Of a stretch of DNA of 64,000 nt, positions 17,017 through 25,421 are shown in pieces (the stretch's first letter is position 1; the number at the start of each line of letters is the position of its first letter). Made by a program: the position numbers and the translations under genes. The DNA is from a virus. The DNA is taken from positions 262,762 through 326,761 of the IMG/VR virus record IMGVR_UViG_3300020429_000529. One strand, written 5' to 3'. The notes under the pieces were generated by a model. That model was not told the origin of the DNA. It ran no database searches and saw only the letters and a program-made list of their open reading frames with translations.

Positions 17017-18129
17017 TCAGTGGCCGAAGTATTTCATGCTGATTTCCTTGATCTCGTCCTGGGAGGCAAGGATAGCAAGATTCGCCTGTTCAACGAGAGG
17101 GCTTCCTTGACGGAAAGCGATGCCGTAGTTCTGCGGGGCGAATGTCGTATCCGCCATGACGACGACATCTTGACCTTCTCCGTTCGCGAAAAACGCCAGG
17201 TTCGGGACATCGCCAACAACAGCCTCGACTCGGCCCATGATAAGAGCAGCGATACACTGGTCGTAGTTGTCGTACTCCCTGACGATGCCATTGTAGAACT
17301 CAACCTCATCGACGCTGGTCGTTCCGCTGACGACAGCGATCTTCTTGCCCTTGAGATCGGAGGGACCATCGATCCGAGCTTCAAACTGCTGAACAACATT
17401 GAACGAGGTAATCGAAGCAGTCAGCGAACTGACGAGGATTGCAACGCAGAAGAAGCAGAGGACAGCAACGATTCGAGCGGCAACGCGCTTGGGGTAAACA
17501 TCGCCGTAGCCGATTGTCGAACCTGTTGTAAAGGCGAGCCAGACAGAGTTTGCGCTGCCCTTCATGACTTCCATAAAGGTCAGTCCGTCGTCGTCATTAG
17601 CATCTTGCTTGCGCTGATCGTCTGTAATGTAGAGAAGAAAACCAAAGACGCAGAGAGCCGCCAAGAACAATGCGCAGATGACGAGAAGGTTGACGATCAG
17701 GGGGATGCGGACTTCGATCCATGCTTGAATCGATGAAACAAAATCCTGGTTCGATTCTTCGGCGATCATAATGCCGAGACCCGTATTCATGTACGGTTGA
17801 GAGAAGTCGTAGATCTGCTCTCGTTCGAGATTGATCGTAATCCCGTTCATGATGCCGTCGATCTGATTGTCGCCCTGAAGCGCCGTGAACAGGTCGGCAA
17901 AGCGATCAAAATGAACAACCTCGACTTGCCAGTTGGCTGTGTCGCCGATCGTTGACAGAACTTCTGCATCGAAACCAGACATTGAGCCGTTTTCGCCTTC
18001 GATGAAGAAGGGTTCTTCGGCGACGATACCGATTCGAACAGTTCTCGGTTCAGAGACCTGAATGGGATCGCTCTGCGCCGATGCGACTGTTGCAAAGAGT
18101 GCGATGACTGCAAGAACGAGAGTCTTCAT
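17017..18129 (-). CDS. GluR0-like ligand-gated potassium channel (SBP lobe 1 - M1-P-M2 with TIGYGD filter - SBP lobe 2)
   Basis: Signal peptide MKTLVLAVIALFATVASA; family-3 SBP-like halves interrupted by two TM helices and pore helix with TTGSTIGYGDVYP; AGGAGA 7 nt upstream of ATG 18129. Confidence 0.65.
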   Translation of the reverse strand: MKTLVLAVIALFATVASAQSDPIQVSEPRTVRIGIVAEEPFFIEGENGSMSGFDAEVLSTIGDTANWQVEVVHFDRFADLFTALQGDNQIDGIMNGITINLEREQIYDFSQPYMNTGLGIMIAEESNQDFVSSIQAWIEVRIPLIVNLLVICALFLAALCVFGFLLYITDDQRKQDANDDDGLTFMEVMKGSANSVWLAFTTGSTIGYGDVYPKRVAARIVAVLCFFCVAILVSSLTASITSFNVVQQFEARIDGPSDLKGKKIAVVSGTTSVDEVEFYNGIVREYDNYDQCIAALIMGRVEAVVGDVPNLAFFANGEGQDVVVMADTTFAPQNYGIAFRQGSPLVEQANLAILASQDEIKEISMKYFGH

Positions 18130-18144
18130 CTCGGGTCTCCTGAG

Positions 18145-18180
18145 TTTGAAAAAGCCCCTCGTCCTGCGGAACAGGACGAG
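18145..18180 (-). terminator. rho-independent terminator downstream of the PspA-like gene
   Basis: CTCGTCCTG-cggaa-CAGGACGAG hairpin followed on the minus strand by GGGGCTTTTTC. Confidence 0.7.
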
Positions 18181-18200
18181 AGGCAAAGTGAGGGGGTGAT

Positions 18201-18899
18201 TCAGAAGTCTACGGACGACCCGCTGCCGCCGTACTTGTCTTCGAGGCTCTCGGCGTTGCCAACGCCAGCCATTTCCTCGAAGCTCTCGGCCTCGGCTTCG
18301 GACTGCTCGACGCTGCGCTCCAGGTCGTCGAGAGCCGAAAGGCCCTTGCCCTCGCTGAGGCCGTTCTGCGCCTTGGCGAACTTCGTGCGGATTGCCGCCG
18401 ACCGCTGGCGAGCGGCAAGGCTGACGACATTCTGCTCGGCGTTGCTGACCTTCTGGCGAGCCTGTTGCAGACGGGTCTGCATCTGCTCGAACAGCGCGCC
18501 GTCTCGCTTGATGTCCGCTTCGAGGCGAGAGACCGTCTTCTGCGCCGTTTCGAGCGCATCGAGGGCCTGCTGACCATCCTTGCGAGCCGCGGCGAGTTCA
18601 TCGGCCTTGCCTTCGAGAGCTTCGCCGGTGTTGCCGTCCTTGAGAGTGCCCGCATGGGCCTTGATCTTGTCGTAGATGCCCTGGTACTTGGCGACATCGG
18701 CCTTGGCAGCATCGAGCGCCCTGGTGTTCTGCTTCTGCGCGGCGCGAAGGGAAGCGATCTCGCTTGTGAACTTGGCGATCTCTTTCTTGGAGTCTTCGAT
18801 CGCCATCTTGCCCTTCGTTACATCATCGACATCGATCGCCTTGGCAACATCGTCAGATGCTTTGCGGCCTCGGCGGAAAATTGCGTCCATCAGTCCCAT
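18201..18899 (-). CDS. PspA/IM30/Vipp1 family protein (paralog 1)
   Basis: MGLMDAIFRRG... N-terminus and extended coiled-coil composition typical of PspA. Confidence 0.6.
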   Translation of the reverse strand: MGLMDAIFRRGRKASDDVAKAIDVDDVTKGKMAIEDSKKEIAKFTSEIASLRAAQKQNTRALDAAKADVAKYQGIYDKIKAHAGTLKDGNTGEALEGKADELAAARKDGQQALDALETAQKTVSRLEADIKRDGALFEQMQTRLQQARQKVSNAEQNVVSLAARQRSAAIRTKFAKAQNGLSEGKGLSALDDLERSVEQSEAEAESFEEMAGVGNAESLEDKYGGSGSSVDF

Positions 18900-18972
18900 T
18901 GTATTCTCCTGGGAAGTTGAGTTCTTCGTGTTCGGGTTTGTTTCGAGTTCAGACGTTCAGCGGCGGAGACGT

Positions 18973-19467
18973 TCAGCCGTTGCTGATGATCGCCTGCATG
19001 GTCAGGTTCGTCAGGTTGATTGCCGACTGCAGCTTGAGGAGCGAATGCTCCAACTCCTCGCGGGAGAAGTCGCCGAGCGGAACCGAATCGATGACCGTGA
19101 TGGGAGACTCGTCGAGATCGCTGATCTGATCCGTCGCTGCGGGTTCATCGATGTTCGTTGCGAAGGGCTTGATCTCGCTGTTGATGCTGACCAGACGCAT
19201 GAAGAGCGCCAGTGCCGTGTCGTTGTCGGGGATGTCAGCGAGCTTGCCGATCTGCGATTCGATGACGAGTTCGCTGTCATCGTCGGAGATGTCGAGGATT
19301 GCGACGAAGTTCTCGTCGCCAACGGGAAGAACGATCGAAACGCTCTTCTCCGCTTCGTCAGTCTCGATGATCCCGTACCCGAGATCCTGAACCGCCTCCG
19401 CCAGTCCGGCGATGTCGGCGATTTTGGTTGATGCCTCAGTTGCAGGCGTTGCCGTGGCCGTCGTCAT
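18973..19467 (-). CDS. acidic hypothetical protein
   Basis: 164-aa D/E-rich ORF co-oriented downstream of PspA. Confidence 0.4.
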   Translation of the reverse strand: MTTATATPATEASTKIADIAGLAEAVQDLGYGIIETDEAEKSVSIVLPVGDENFVAILDISDDDSELVIESQIGKLADIPDNDTALALFMRLVSINSEIKPFATNIDEPAATDQISDLDESPITVIDSVPLGDFSREELEHSLLKLQSAINLTNLTMQAIISNG

Positions 19468-19538
19468 GATTGACTCCTTCGTCGTTTTTCGCGCTGTCCG
19501 CTTCAGCGCTGATGTTCAGCGGATTGGGGTTCTTCTGG

Positions 19539-20243
19539 TCAGCGTTTGATGACCATCATTTCATGCGAGCCGATACTTGTTCCGAAGAACAGTTGAATCA
19601 ACCCGCCGTCGTCGTTGTCGGGATTGCCCATCTCAAGGATGAGCGCCTCGGGGCTATGCGCTCCCTCGGCTTCTGTGTCGTATTGAACGACAGTCGTCAA
19701 GAGCCGATCGCCCTGCGGAGGGTTGCGGCTTGCCCATGCTTGCAGGGGCGAAAAGCTCTTTCTGATGAACTGACACTCGACCGCAGGACCATCTTCAGGA
19801 ACCTGGTCATAGAAGAACTCATTAGCGTATTCGAGACTTCCGATTTCAAAGTCATCGGTGTCTTCGGGTTCTTCGAAGATGTATTCCTGCTCTGCGTCAA
19901 GAATGTCTTGACGGTTGCCGCTATCAAAGCCGCCAGCTTCGTAGAAGATGGTGAAATCAGGCTCGGCATCGGGAACGATGGTAACGAGCAGGTAAACCTC
20001 GGTTCCGTCATTATCGAGCTTGAAGAACAGCCATTCGCAAAGGCCGTCCATCTGTCTGATTTCGTAGACAGAGCGAACAACGCACTCTTGCCCTCGTAGC
20101 CCAACGCCCTGACCGAGAGACGCCATGAGCGCTTCGGTGTCGTTGATGGTGATGAAGCTTTCTGGTCGAACTTCTCGCCAGAAATCAGCTTTGGATTGAT
20201 CGAGTATCTCTGACATGGTTTCTCCGAATCGTAGGTCGTTCAC
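19539..20243 (-). CDS. hypothetical protein
   Basis: 234-aa ORF, same strand block. Confidence 0.4.
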   Translation of the reverse strand: MNDLRFGETMSEILDQSKADFWREVRPESFITINDTEALMASLGQGVGLRGQECVVRSVYEIRQMDGLCEWLFFKLDNDGTEVYLLVTIVPDAEPDFTIFYEAGGFDSGNRQDILDAEQEYIFEEPEDTDDFEIGSLEYANEFFYDQVPEDGPAVECQFIRKSFSPLQAWASRNPPQGDRLLTTVVQYDTEAEGAHSPEALILEMGNPDNDDGGLIQLFFGTSIGSHEMMVIKR

Positions 20244-20252
20244 CCGTTAGGG

Positions 20253-21041
20253 TCAACTCCCTTTGACGACAGCGATGACGACAACAATGATGACAGCGAT
20301 GACGACAACGCTGATGATGACGCCGAGGATGCCGAAGCCGCCGCCCGAGGCGTGATAGACCTGCGGCTGACCATAGGCGTAGCCGTACTGTCGCATCTGC
20401 GTGTTCATGAACATCGCATCAGTCATCATGTCGTACAGAATGAATGTCCCCAGAGCGTCCATGTACCCGTAGCCGCCGTGGGATTGATTGTAGGTGATGT
20501 TGTAGGTTTTCCCTCCGACGCTTGTCGATTGAGGGATATAGTCTGGTCGGGTCGAGGGTTGAGATGAGAAGCTCGTGGGATACTTCTGTTTGATCTCAGC
20601 GCCCTTCTGTTGCTTGAACGCAGCCGTCGCATCGGACCTGCTGTTGAAATGCGTGCCTTGCTTCTTGGCTCGATCGTGGAGAGCCTTCTCCGCCGCCGTC
20701 TTCTGCCTGGCTTCGGCCTTCGACATGCGAGGCTTTGTTGAACCCTTCTTGCTGCCCCAGCCGCTCTTGCTGCTGGTCGCCTTGTCGTTCTTCTTGTCGT
20801 TTTTGTTCCAGTTGTTGTTCTTGTTGGACTTCTGAGTCGTCTTCTTCGGCTGAGAAGCCTTCGGCTTGCTGTACGATCGGCTGCTGCTTCTGCTGCCGCC
20901 TCGCTGACCGTAGGCATCAGCAGGAACCGCAGCGCACACCGTGAAGGCGAGCAAAGCGCAAGCCAGAAGCTTGCCAGGTTTCGAAATGTCCGGCAGCTTC
21001 GGGAGTCCGAGGGCTGCTCTCTTTTTGATCCAAGTCAACAT
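20253..21041 (-). CDS. basic low-complexity protein with C-terminal TM anchor
   Basis: N-terminal signal/TM, K/S/N-rich linker, C-terminal VIISVVVIAVIIVVVIAVV helix. Confidence 0.4.
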   Translation of the reverse strand: MLTWIKKRAALGLPKLPDISKPGKLLACALLAFTVCAAVPADAYGQRGGSRSSSRSYSKPKASQPKKTTQKSNKNNNWNKNDKKNDKATSSKSGWGSKKGSTKPRMSKAEARQKTAAEKALHDRAKKQGTHFNSRSDATAAFKQQKGAEIKQKYPTSFSSQPSTRPDYIPQSTSVGGKTYNITYNQSHGGYGYMDALGTFILYDMMTDAMFMNTQMRQYGYAYGQPQVYHASGGGFGILGVIISVVVIAVIIVVVIAVVKGS

Positions 21042-21190
21042 CGTCGTCTCCTTATGAGGAATCTGAGCCGATCGATTTTCAACCGACTCCTACAGTATGA
21101 CAGCTTTCCTCTTCACCTGCAAAGGCGAAGCGGTCAGTGGCTCGCAGATACAACTATAAGGGAAGCGTTTCGGGAGATTCTGGTTGCAGA

Positions 21191-21781
21191 TTAGCTGCGA
21201 ATAAACCATGAATCATCAACCTGCGTTTTTACGCGATCTTTGATCTGCTCCATAAACCATCGCAGAGGCCTGTTGCTCTTGCCTGCAGTATGGTTGTCAA
21301 TGATGTTGAAGATCAGGAAGAGATCCCAATCTTCAATCTCGTTGACCAGCCGATCAAGACGATCCTGATTGAAGGAACCCTTCTTTTCGAATCGCCGGTA
21401 CAAAGCAAAACTTTCATCATGGTATTGCACCATGTTGAGCATGTCTTCATCATCAAGGAACTTCGACAAGAACTCTCTTGCAAGAGAGGCATGACTGTAC
21501 GGGCTATCAATGGAAGAACCAGGCGTTGCATGGATCTTGCGAATATCATGAACATGAATCAGAATGAGCAGCTTCATGCGCTGAACATCATCGATCATGT
21601 TCTTCCCGTAGAAGTAATCGAGGTTCGATTCAAGCTCTTGAATGTGCGCTCTGATGGTTCCTTCATTATGCCCAGAGCGAGGCTTGCCCCAGTCAAGTCC
21701 AGCCTGGTAGAGTTCGTCTTCGATAATTTGATCGAAAGCGAACCGCAGAGTTTCAAGGCTCTGATCCGTTTCCGTTGACAT
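21191..21781 (-). CDS. hypothetical protein, possible HD-domain phosphohydrolase
   Basis: LILIHVHDIRK resembles the HD motif; weak. Confidence 0.3.
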   Translation of the reverse strand: MSTETDQSLETLRFAFDQIIEDELYQAGLDWGKPRSGHNEGTIRAHIQELESNLDYFYGKNMIDDVQRMKLLILIHVHDIRKIHATPGSSIDSPYSHASLAREFLSKFLDDEDMLNMVQYHDESFALYRRFEKKGSFNQDRLDRLVNEIEDWDLFLIFNIIDNHTAGKSNRPLRWFMEQIKDRVKTQVDDSWFIRS

Positions 21782-21802
21782 ATCGTGTTGTCTTTCTGTT
21801 GC

Positions 21803-22153
21803 TCAAAGCAATCGCATGGGGTCAAGAATGTCCCTGATACGGTTTGCTGCTTTTAGACGATCTTGGGCTGTCATCTCTGGTATGATAAGCGCAGCATAGG
21901 ACTCAAGAAGGCACATGAGTACCTCTTTTAGAGCCGCTCCATCAATAGCTATTCCTTCCATCTTTTTTGTCTGGACGAGTTTCAAAACATCGGGTCTTTC
22001 GTATGCATCGAAATACTCCGAATCATCGTACAAGACAATATGACCATGGTCGCCCTGGTAATCATCATTCTCATCGAACACGCCTACAAATGCGTTCTTG
22101 AGATCAATGTTGATCGGCGGCTCTTGCATATGTTCGAGCAGGTCCATGGTCAC
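21803..22153 (-). CDS. hypothetical protein
   Basis: 116-aa ORF. Confidence 0.35.
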   Translation of the reverse strand: MTMDLLEHMQEPPINIDLKNAFVGVFDENDDYQGDHGHIVLYDDSEYFDAYERPDVLKLVQTKKMEGIAIDGAALKEVLMCLLESYAALIIPEMTAQDRLKAANRIRDILDPMRLL

Positions 22154-22254
22154 CTCCCTGAAAAGGTATCCGCGCCGTATCCGACGCGGACACCTCGACG
22201 AAGAACTCCAACGAAGAGATTCTACCTCAAAACGCTTTCACTTTGTTCGAGAAA

Positions 22255-23523
22255 CTACGCACCTGGAATTTCGGAGATCTTTTCCCCGATAACAAACCTA
22301 TGTTCGCCTGGTGCAATCTCATGCTGACCAATCTGAGTGGGCTCATCCGATAGATTGCTGACGAGCAGTATCTCGATACCAGCTACCTTCACGCCTGACC
22401 ATTGGACTCCGCTCTCCTTGTCTGTTTCGACGTTCATGATCTCTTTTTCGATCGGTAGTCTGAACAGAGCATCAAGAGAGTGCCATGCCTCCATAGCGAG
22501 ATCCATGTAGTCTCTCTGGAATGACTGAGCGAAGCAGTAGAAACAATCAGCGCCTCGCATACGGAAATGCATCATCAGAGCTTTGTTGTCTGTTTCTGAT
22601 GGCTTGGGAGCGTGGTAAAGATTTTCTCCGCCCGAATGGTAAATGTATTCGCCGACCCACGGGATAAGCATATGGCCTTCGGGTAGATGTCTCTTTGCAG
22701 CGCTCAGTCTTTCGAGTCCCTGCCAGAAGATCGCAGCGCGAGGGTTCGGAGCGACTATCCCATTCTGGATCCAGTCGATGCAATGCACCGATGCTGTTTC
22801 ATACGGGTAGGTTGATGGCATAGAAACATCAAGGCAGTCAAGATACATTGAAACCGGGTTGTATCCTTCCTCTTCCCACCTTGTTAGGAGATCTCTTCTG
22901 TCGGGCCAAATCATGCCCTCGTCGCGAGAGTTTGCCGAGTTGCCATAGTTTCCAAGGCGTGCCTGATTGATGCGAGGATCAGGATGTTCTCGAATCATGC
23001 GATGAATCTCTCGCACGTTCTTCTCAATCATCTCGACATCGCCCTCAAGATCCATGAAGACGTAATCAAGTTGAGCGATGTTATCGAGCGCCAGTTGCAG
23101 CGAATCTGGCTGACCTCGCCTGTCTACGTCATCGCCGTAGGGGAAGGGCGAGTTGTATTGGCGCATCATGATGCCAATCGGCTCTCCTCGCTCTTTCATC
23201 ACGCGAGAGAGTTCGATTGCGTACCAGCCGTACCAGCCGTCGTCGCTATAGCGAGGACCGCCATGAAAGCCGCCTGTATGGGGTACGGGCGAATAGCCAA
23301 GAGGATGCTGTTCGTATTGAATATCAGGTACATCCGAGCCGTTGAGCCTTGACGGGAAGTCTGCTCTGTTTTCGGGATGACCGTAGAAGAAGTCAGGAAA
23401 GATGATCGGCTTTTTGCCGAAAGTCGCCTTCTTCTGCTTGTCGATTTCGACTTTCTTGCCTGGTTGCAGCTTGACATTCGCTGCTTCGACTGCTTTTATT
23501 ACCTGAGCTTGTGTTGGTTTCAT
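22255..23523 (-). CDS. hypothetical protein (422 aa)
   Basis: Long ORF with W/Y-rich content; no motif recognised. Confidence 0.45.
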   Translation of the reverse strand: MKPTQAQVIKAVEAANVKLQPGKKVEIDKQKKATFGKKPIIFPDFFYGHPENRADFPSRLNGSDVPDIQYEQHPLGYSPVPHTGGFHGGPRYSDDGWYGWYAIELSRVMKERGEPIGIMMRQYNSPFPYGDDVDRRGQPDSLQLALDNIAQLDYVFMDLEGDVEMIEKNVREIHRMIREHPDPRINQARLGNYGNSANSRDEGMIWPDRRDLLTRWEEEGYNPVSMYLDCLDVSMPSTYPYETASVHCIDWIQNGIVAPNPRAAIFWQGLERLSAAKRHLPEGHMLIPWVGEYIYHSGGENLYHAPKPSETDNKALMMHFRMRGADCFYCFAQSFQRDYMDLAMEAWHSLDALFRLPIEKEIMNVETDKESGVQWSGVKVAGIEILLVSNLSDEPTQIGQHEIAPGEHRFVIGEKISEIPGA

Positions 23524-23609
23524 TGCTCTCCTTGGTTGAGGTATGTTGATACCTCATTTTTCGAGAGACAATGATACCTGTCCTTGCGAGAACAGTTCAG
23601 GTCGCAAAA

Positions 23610-23882
23610 TTAGGCAAAGTTCTTAGCGAGTTGATCGGTCATGAACGCTGAGTAATGCGTTAGCCGATCAACAATCCGAGTGTCCGGTCGGAAGTCGCTG
23701 CAGATACCGGATTTATGAACGCTGAGACTGCGATCTTCGCCCGTATGCTTGCGATGAGAGTACGAATGATGACCGCAGGTTCCCCAATCGTCGTTCGGGA
23801 ACTGACCATGCGCGCAGAGGCCGCAACTCGGTTGGAGTTGGTATTCAATCTGCTTGAGTTTGATGGTCTTGTTGGCGTCCAT
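23610..23882 (-). CDS. small Cys/His-rich (zinc-ribbon-like) protein
   Basis: CGLCAHG...WGTCGHH; ATG at 23880-23882 lies 2 nt after the GluQRS-like stop (longer track start 23915 would overlap). Confidence 0.4.
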   Translation of the reverse strand: MDANKTIKLKQIEYQLQPSCGLCAHGQFPNDDWGTCGHHSYSHRKHTGEDRSLSVHKSGICSDFRPDTRIVDRLTHYSAFMTDQLAKNFA

Positions 23883-23884
23883 TT

Positions 23885-24727
23885 TTACGCTCTCGCTCGG
23901 TACTTCCTGTCCCATGCCTTGAGCTTGTCAAGGTCAAAGTTGGCGTTGTTGTTTCGCAGCTTCCCTTTGCCCCAGAACATCTCGATCATCCGATCCTTCG
24001 GTAACAGCTTCGTCGTCTTGTCGTCAGTGGTCGGAGACCATCCGAGACGAGCAACGCAGTTGAGTATAGCGTCGGGATGGTAGGATTTCATCAACTCGTC
24101 AAGAGATAGTCCATCGTCTCGCTTTGACAGTTTTCTGCCCTCGTGCATGATAAGACCGACATGGTAGAAGTCTGGCAGATCAGCGCCGAGCGCAGCAAAC
24201 AGCATCGCCTGGAATGACGTATTCGTCGTATGGTCCTTGCCTCGGATGACGCAATCGATTCCAAGCTCTATGTCGTCGATGACGGTTGCGAAGTTGTAAG
24301 TCGGCGTCCCGTCTTGTTTTCGTAGGATCTTGTTGCCAGCAATGCTCTTGTCGGTATCAGAGATACAGATCTGACCAGCGATGCCGTCTGTCCAGTGATC
24401 GAGATCGACGCCTCGGAGATCGCTCAGAACAACTCCGTAACCATTGTCGCTTGCCCATCCATCTGCGATGAGCCGATCGATGTAGCTGTTGTAGATGTCG
24501 ATACGATCGCTTTGATGAACGAGATCATCGTAGTCGAGACCAAAGTGCCCGAGCATGCTGACGATCTCTTTTGTATGGATCGCTTTTGATCGAGATTTAT
24601 CGGTGTCATCGATCCGTACAACAAAAGAGCCGCCCGTTGAACGAGCGGCTAACCAGTTTTGGTATGCTGTTCTAAGCGAGCCGAGATGCGGCGATCCCGT
24701 TGGCGATGGTGCGAATCTCGTTTTCAT
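23885..24727 (-). CDS. truncated class-I glutamyl-tRNA synthetase paralog (glutamyl-Q tRNA(Asp) synthetase-like, catalytic domain only)
   Basis: HIGH-type RFAPSPTGSPHLGS; KLSKR (KMSKS-type, as AKLSKQ in GluQRS/YadB); 280 aa with no anticodon-binding domain. Confidence 0.7.
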   Translation of the reverse strand: MKTRFAPSPTGSPHLGSLRTAYQNWLAARSTGGSFVVRIDDTDKSRSKAIHTKEIVSMLGHFGLDYDDLVHQSDRIDIYNSYIDRLIADGWASDNGYGVVLSDLRGVDLDHWTDGIAGQICISDTDKSIAGNKILRKQDGTPTYNFATVIDDIELGIDCVIRGKDHTTNTSFQAMLFAALGADLPDFYHVGLIMHEGRKLSKRDDGLSLDELMKSYHPDAILNCVARLGWSPTTDDKTTKLLPKDRMIEMFWGKGKLRNNNANFDLDKLKAWDRKYRARA

Positions 24728-24743
24728 GGCTCAATCTCCTGAA

Positions 24744-24818
24744 TGACGCTGAAGGGAATCGAACCCTCGGACTTCTCCTTGAGAGGGAGAGATTTCTACC
24801 AGCAGAAACTACAGCGCC
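24744..24818 (-). tRNA. tRNA-Glu(CTC)
   Basis: Acceptor GGCGCTG/CAGCGTC; anticodon arm TCTCC-CTCTCAA-GGAGA; T-arm GAGGGTTCGATTCCCTT; 75 nt; 17 nt upstream of the GluRS-like start. Confidence 0.6.
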
Positions 24819-24823
24819 TCGAA

Positions 24824-24895
24824 TGACCCCTACGGGACTCGAACCCGTATTACAGCCTTGAAAGGGCCGCGTCCTAACCATTAGACGAAGGGGCC
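24824..24895 (-). tRNA. tRNA-Glu(TTC)
   Basis: GGCCCCT...; D GTCT-AATGGTTA-GGAC; anticodon arm CGGCC-CTTTCAA-GGCTG; T-arm ACGGGTTCGAGTCCCGT; 72 nt. Confidence 0.6.
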
Positions 24896-24905
24896 AGATT
24901 GTAAA

Positions 24906-24980
24906 TGACGCTGACGGGACTCGAACCCGCGAACTTCGGGATGAAAACCCGAGATTTCTGCCCACAGAAACTACAGCGCC
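24906..24980 (-). tRNA. tRNA-Glu(TTC), U32/U38 loop variant
   Basis: Same acceptor as 24744..24818; anticodon arm TCGGG-TTTTCAT-CCCGA; T-arm GCGGGTTCGAGTCCCGT; 75 nt. Confidence 0.55.
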
Positions 24981-24987
24981 ATGTAAA

Positions 24988-25062
24988 GTGACCCCACCGG
25001 GATTCGAACCCGGATTCCGACCTTGAGAGGGTCGTGTCCTAAACCTGCTTAGACGACAGGGC
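24988..25062 (-). tRNA. tRNA-Glu(CTC)
   Basis: GGCCCTG...; anticodon arm CGACC-CTCTCAA-GGTCG; T-arm CCGGGTTCGAATCCCGG; three G-U pairs in acceptor; 75 nt. Confidence 0.5.
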
Positions 25063-25075
25063 CAAAATTTGAAAG

Positions 25076-25150
25076 CACTCCCAAGGGGATTCGAACCCCT
25101 ATCGCTTGGATGAGAACCAAGTATCCTGAACCAGATTAGACGATGGGAGC
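25076..25150 (-). tRNA. tRNA-Glu(CTC), U32/U38 loop variant
   Basis: GCTCCCA...; anticodon arm CTTGG-TTCTCAT-CCAAG; T-arm AGGGGTTCGAATCCCCT; 75 nt. Confidence 0.5.
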
Positions 25151-25210
25151 GTCTACCAGCGAGGACGGTTCACTCTTCAGTTGTGTTGGGAACGGAGAGC
25201 GACCGCGGCG

Positions 25211-25399
25211 TCAGTGAACCTGACGTTCCTGTTCTTCGAAGTGTTCTCGAAATGCGGTCATAGCTCGATCCATAAGGGGTTCTTCGGCGAGTATAGCAGT
25301 AATCCTCTTCACTTCCACGCTATTCCCCAAGATTTTTTGCGTTAGGGAGATTTTTGCTATGGCTTGACCCCTTGCAGGTGATAGCCTATTATGCTCCAA
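25211..25399 (-). CDS. small hypothetical protein (62 aa)
   Basis: ORF in the divergent intergenic region; weak. Confidence 0.2.
   Translation of the reverse strand: MEHNRLSPARGQAIAKISLTQKILGNSVEVKRITAILAEEPLMDRAMTAFREHFEEQERQVH
25364..25392 (+). promoter_or_regulatory. sigma-70-like promoter (TTGACC-17-TATTAT)
   Basis: ttgacc ccttgcaggtgatagcc tattat about 30 nt upstream of the plus ORF. Confidence 0.55.
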
Positions 25400-25421
25400 T
25401 GGCTACTCTTGACTCAAACTT

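Noticed and set aside
18209-18712. Arg/Ser-rich 167-aa ORF and 125-aa plus ORF inside the PspA-like gene
   Set aside because: They are alternative frames of a coiled-coil gene with strong codon periodicity. They show no independent signals.
24672-24965. 97-aa minus-strand ORF covering three tRNA-Glu genes
   Set aside because: It is entirely explained by the tRNA genes.
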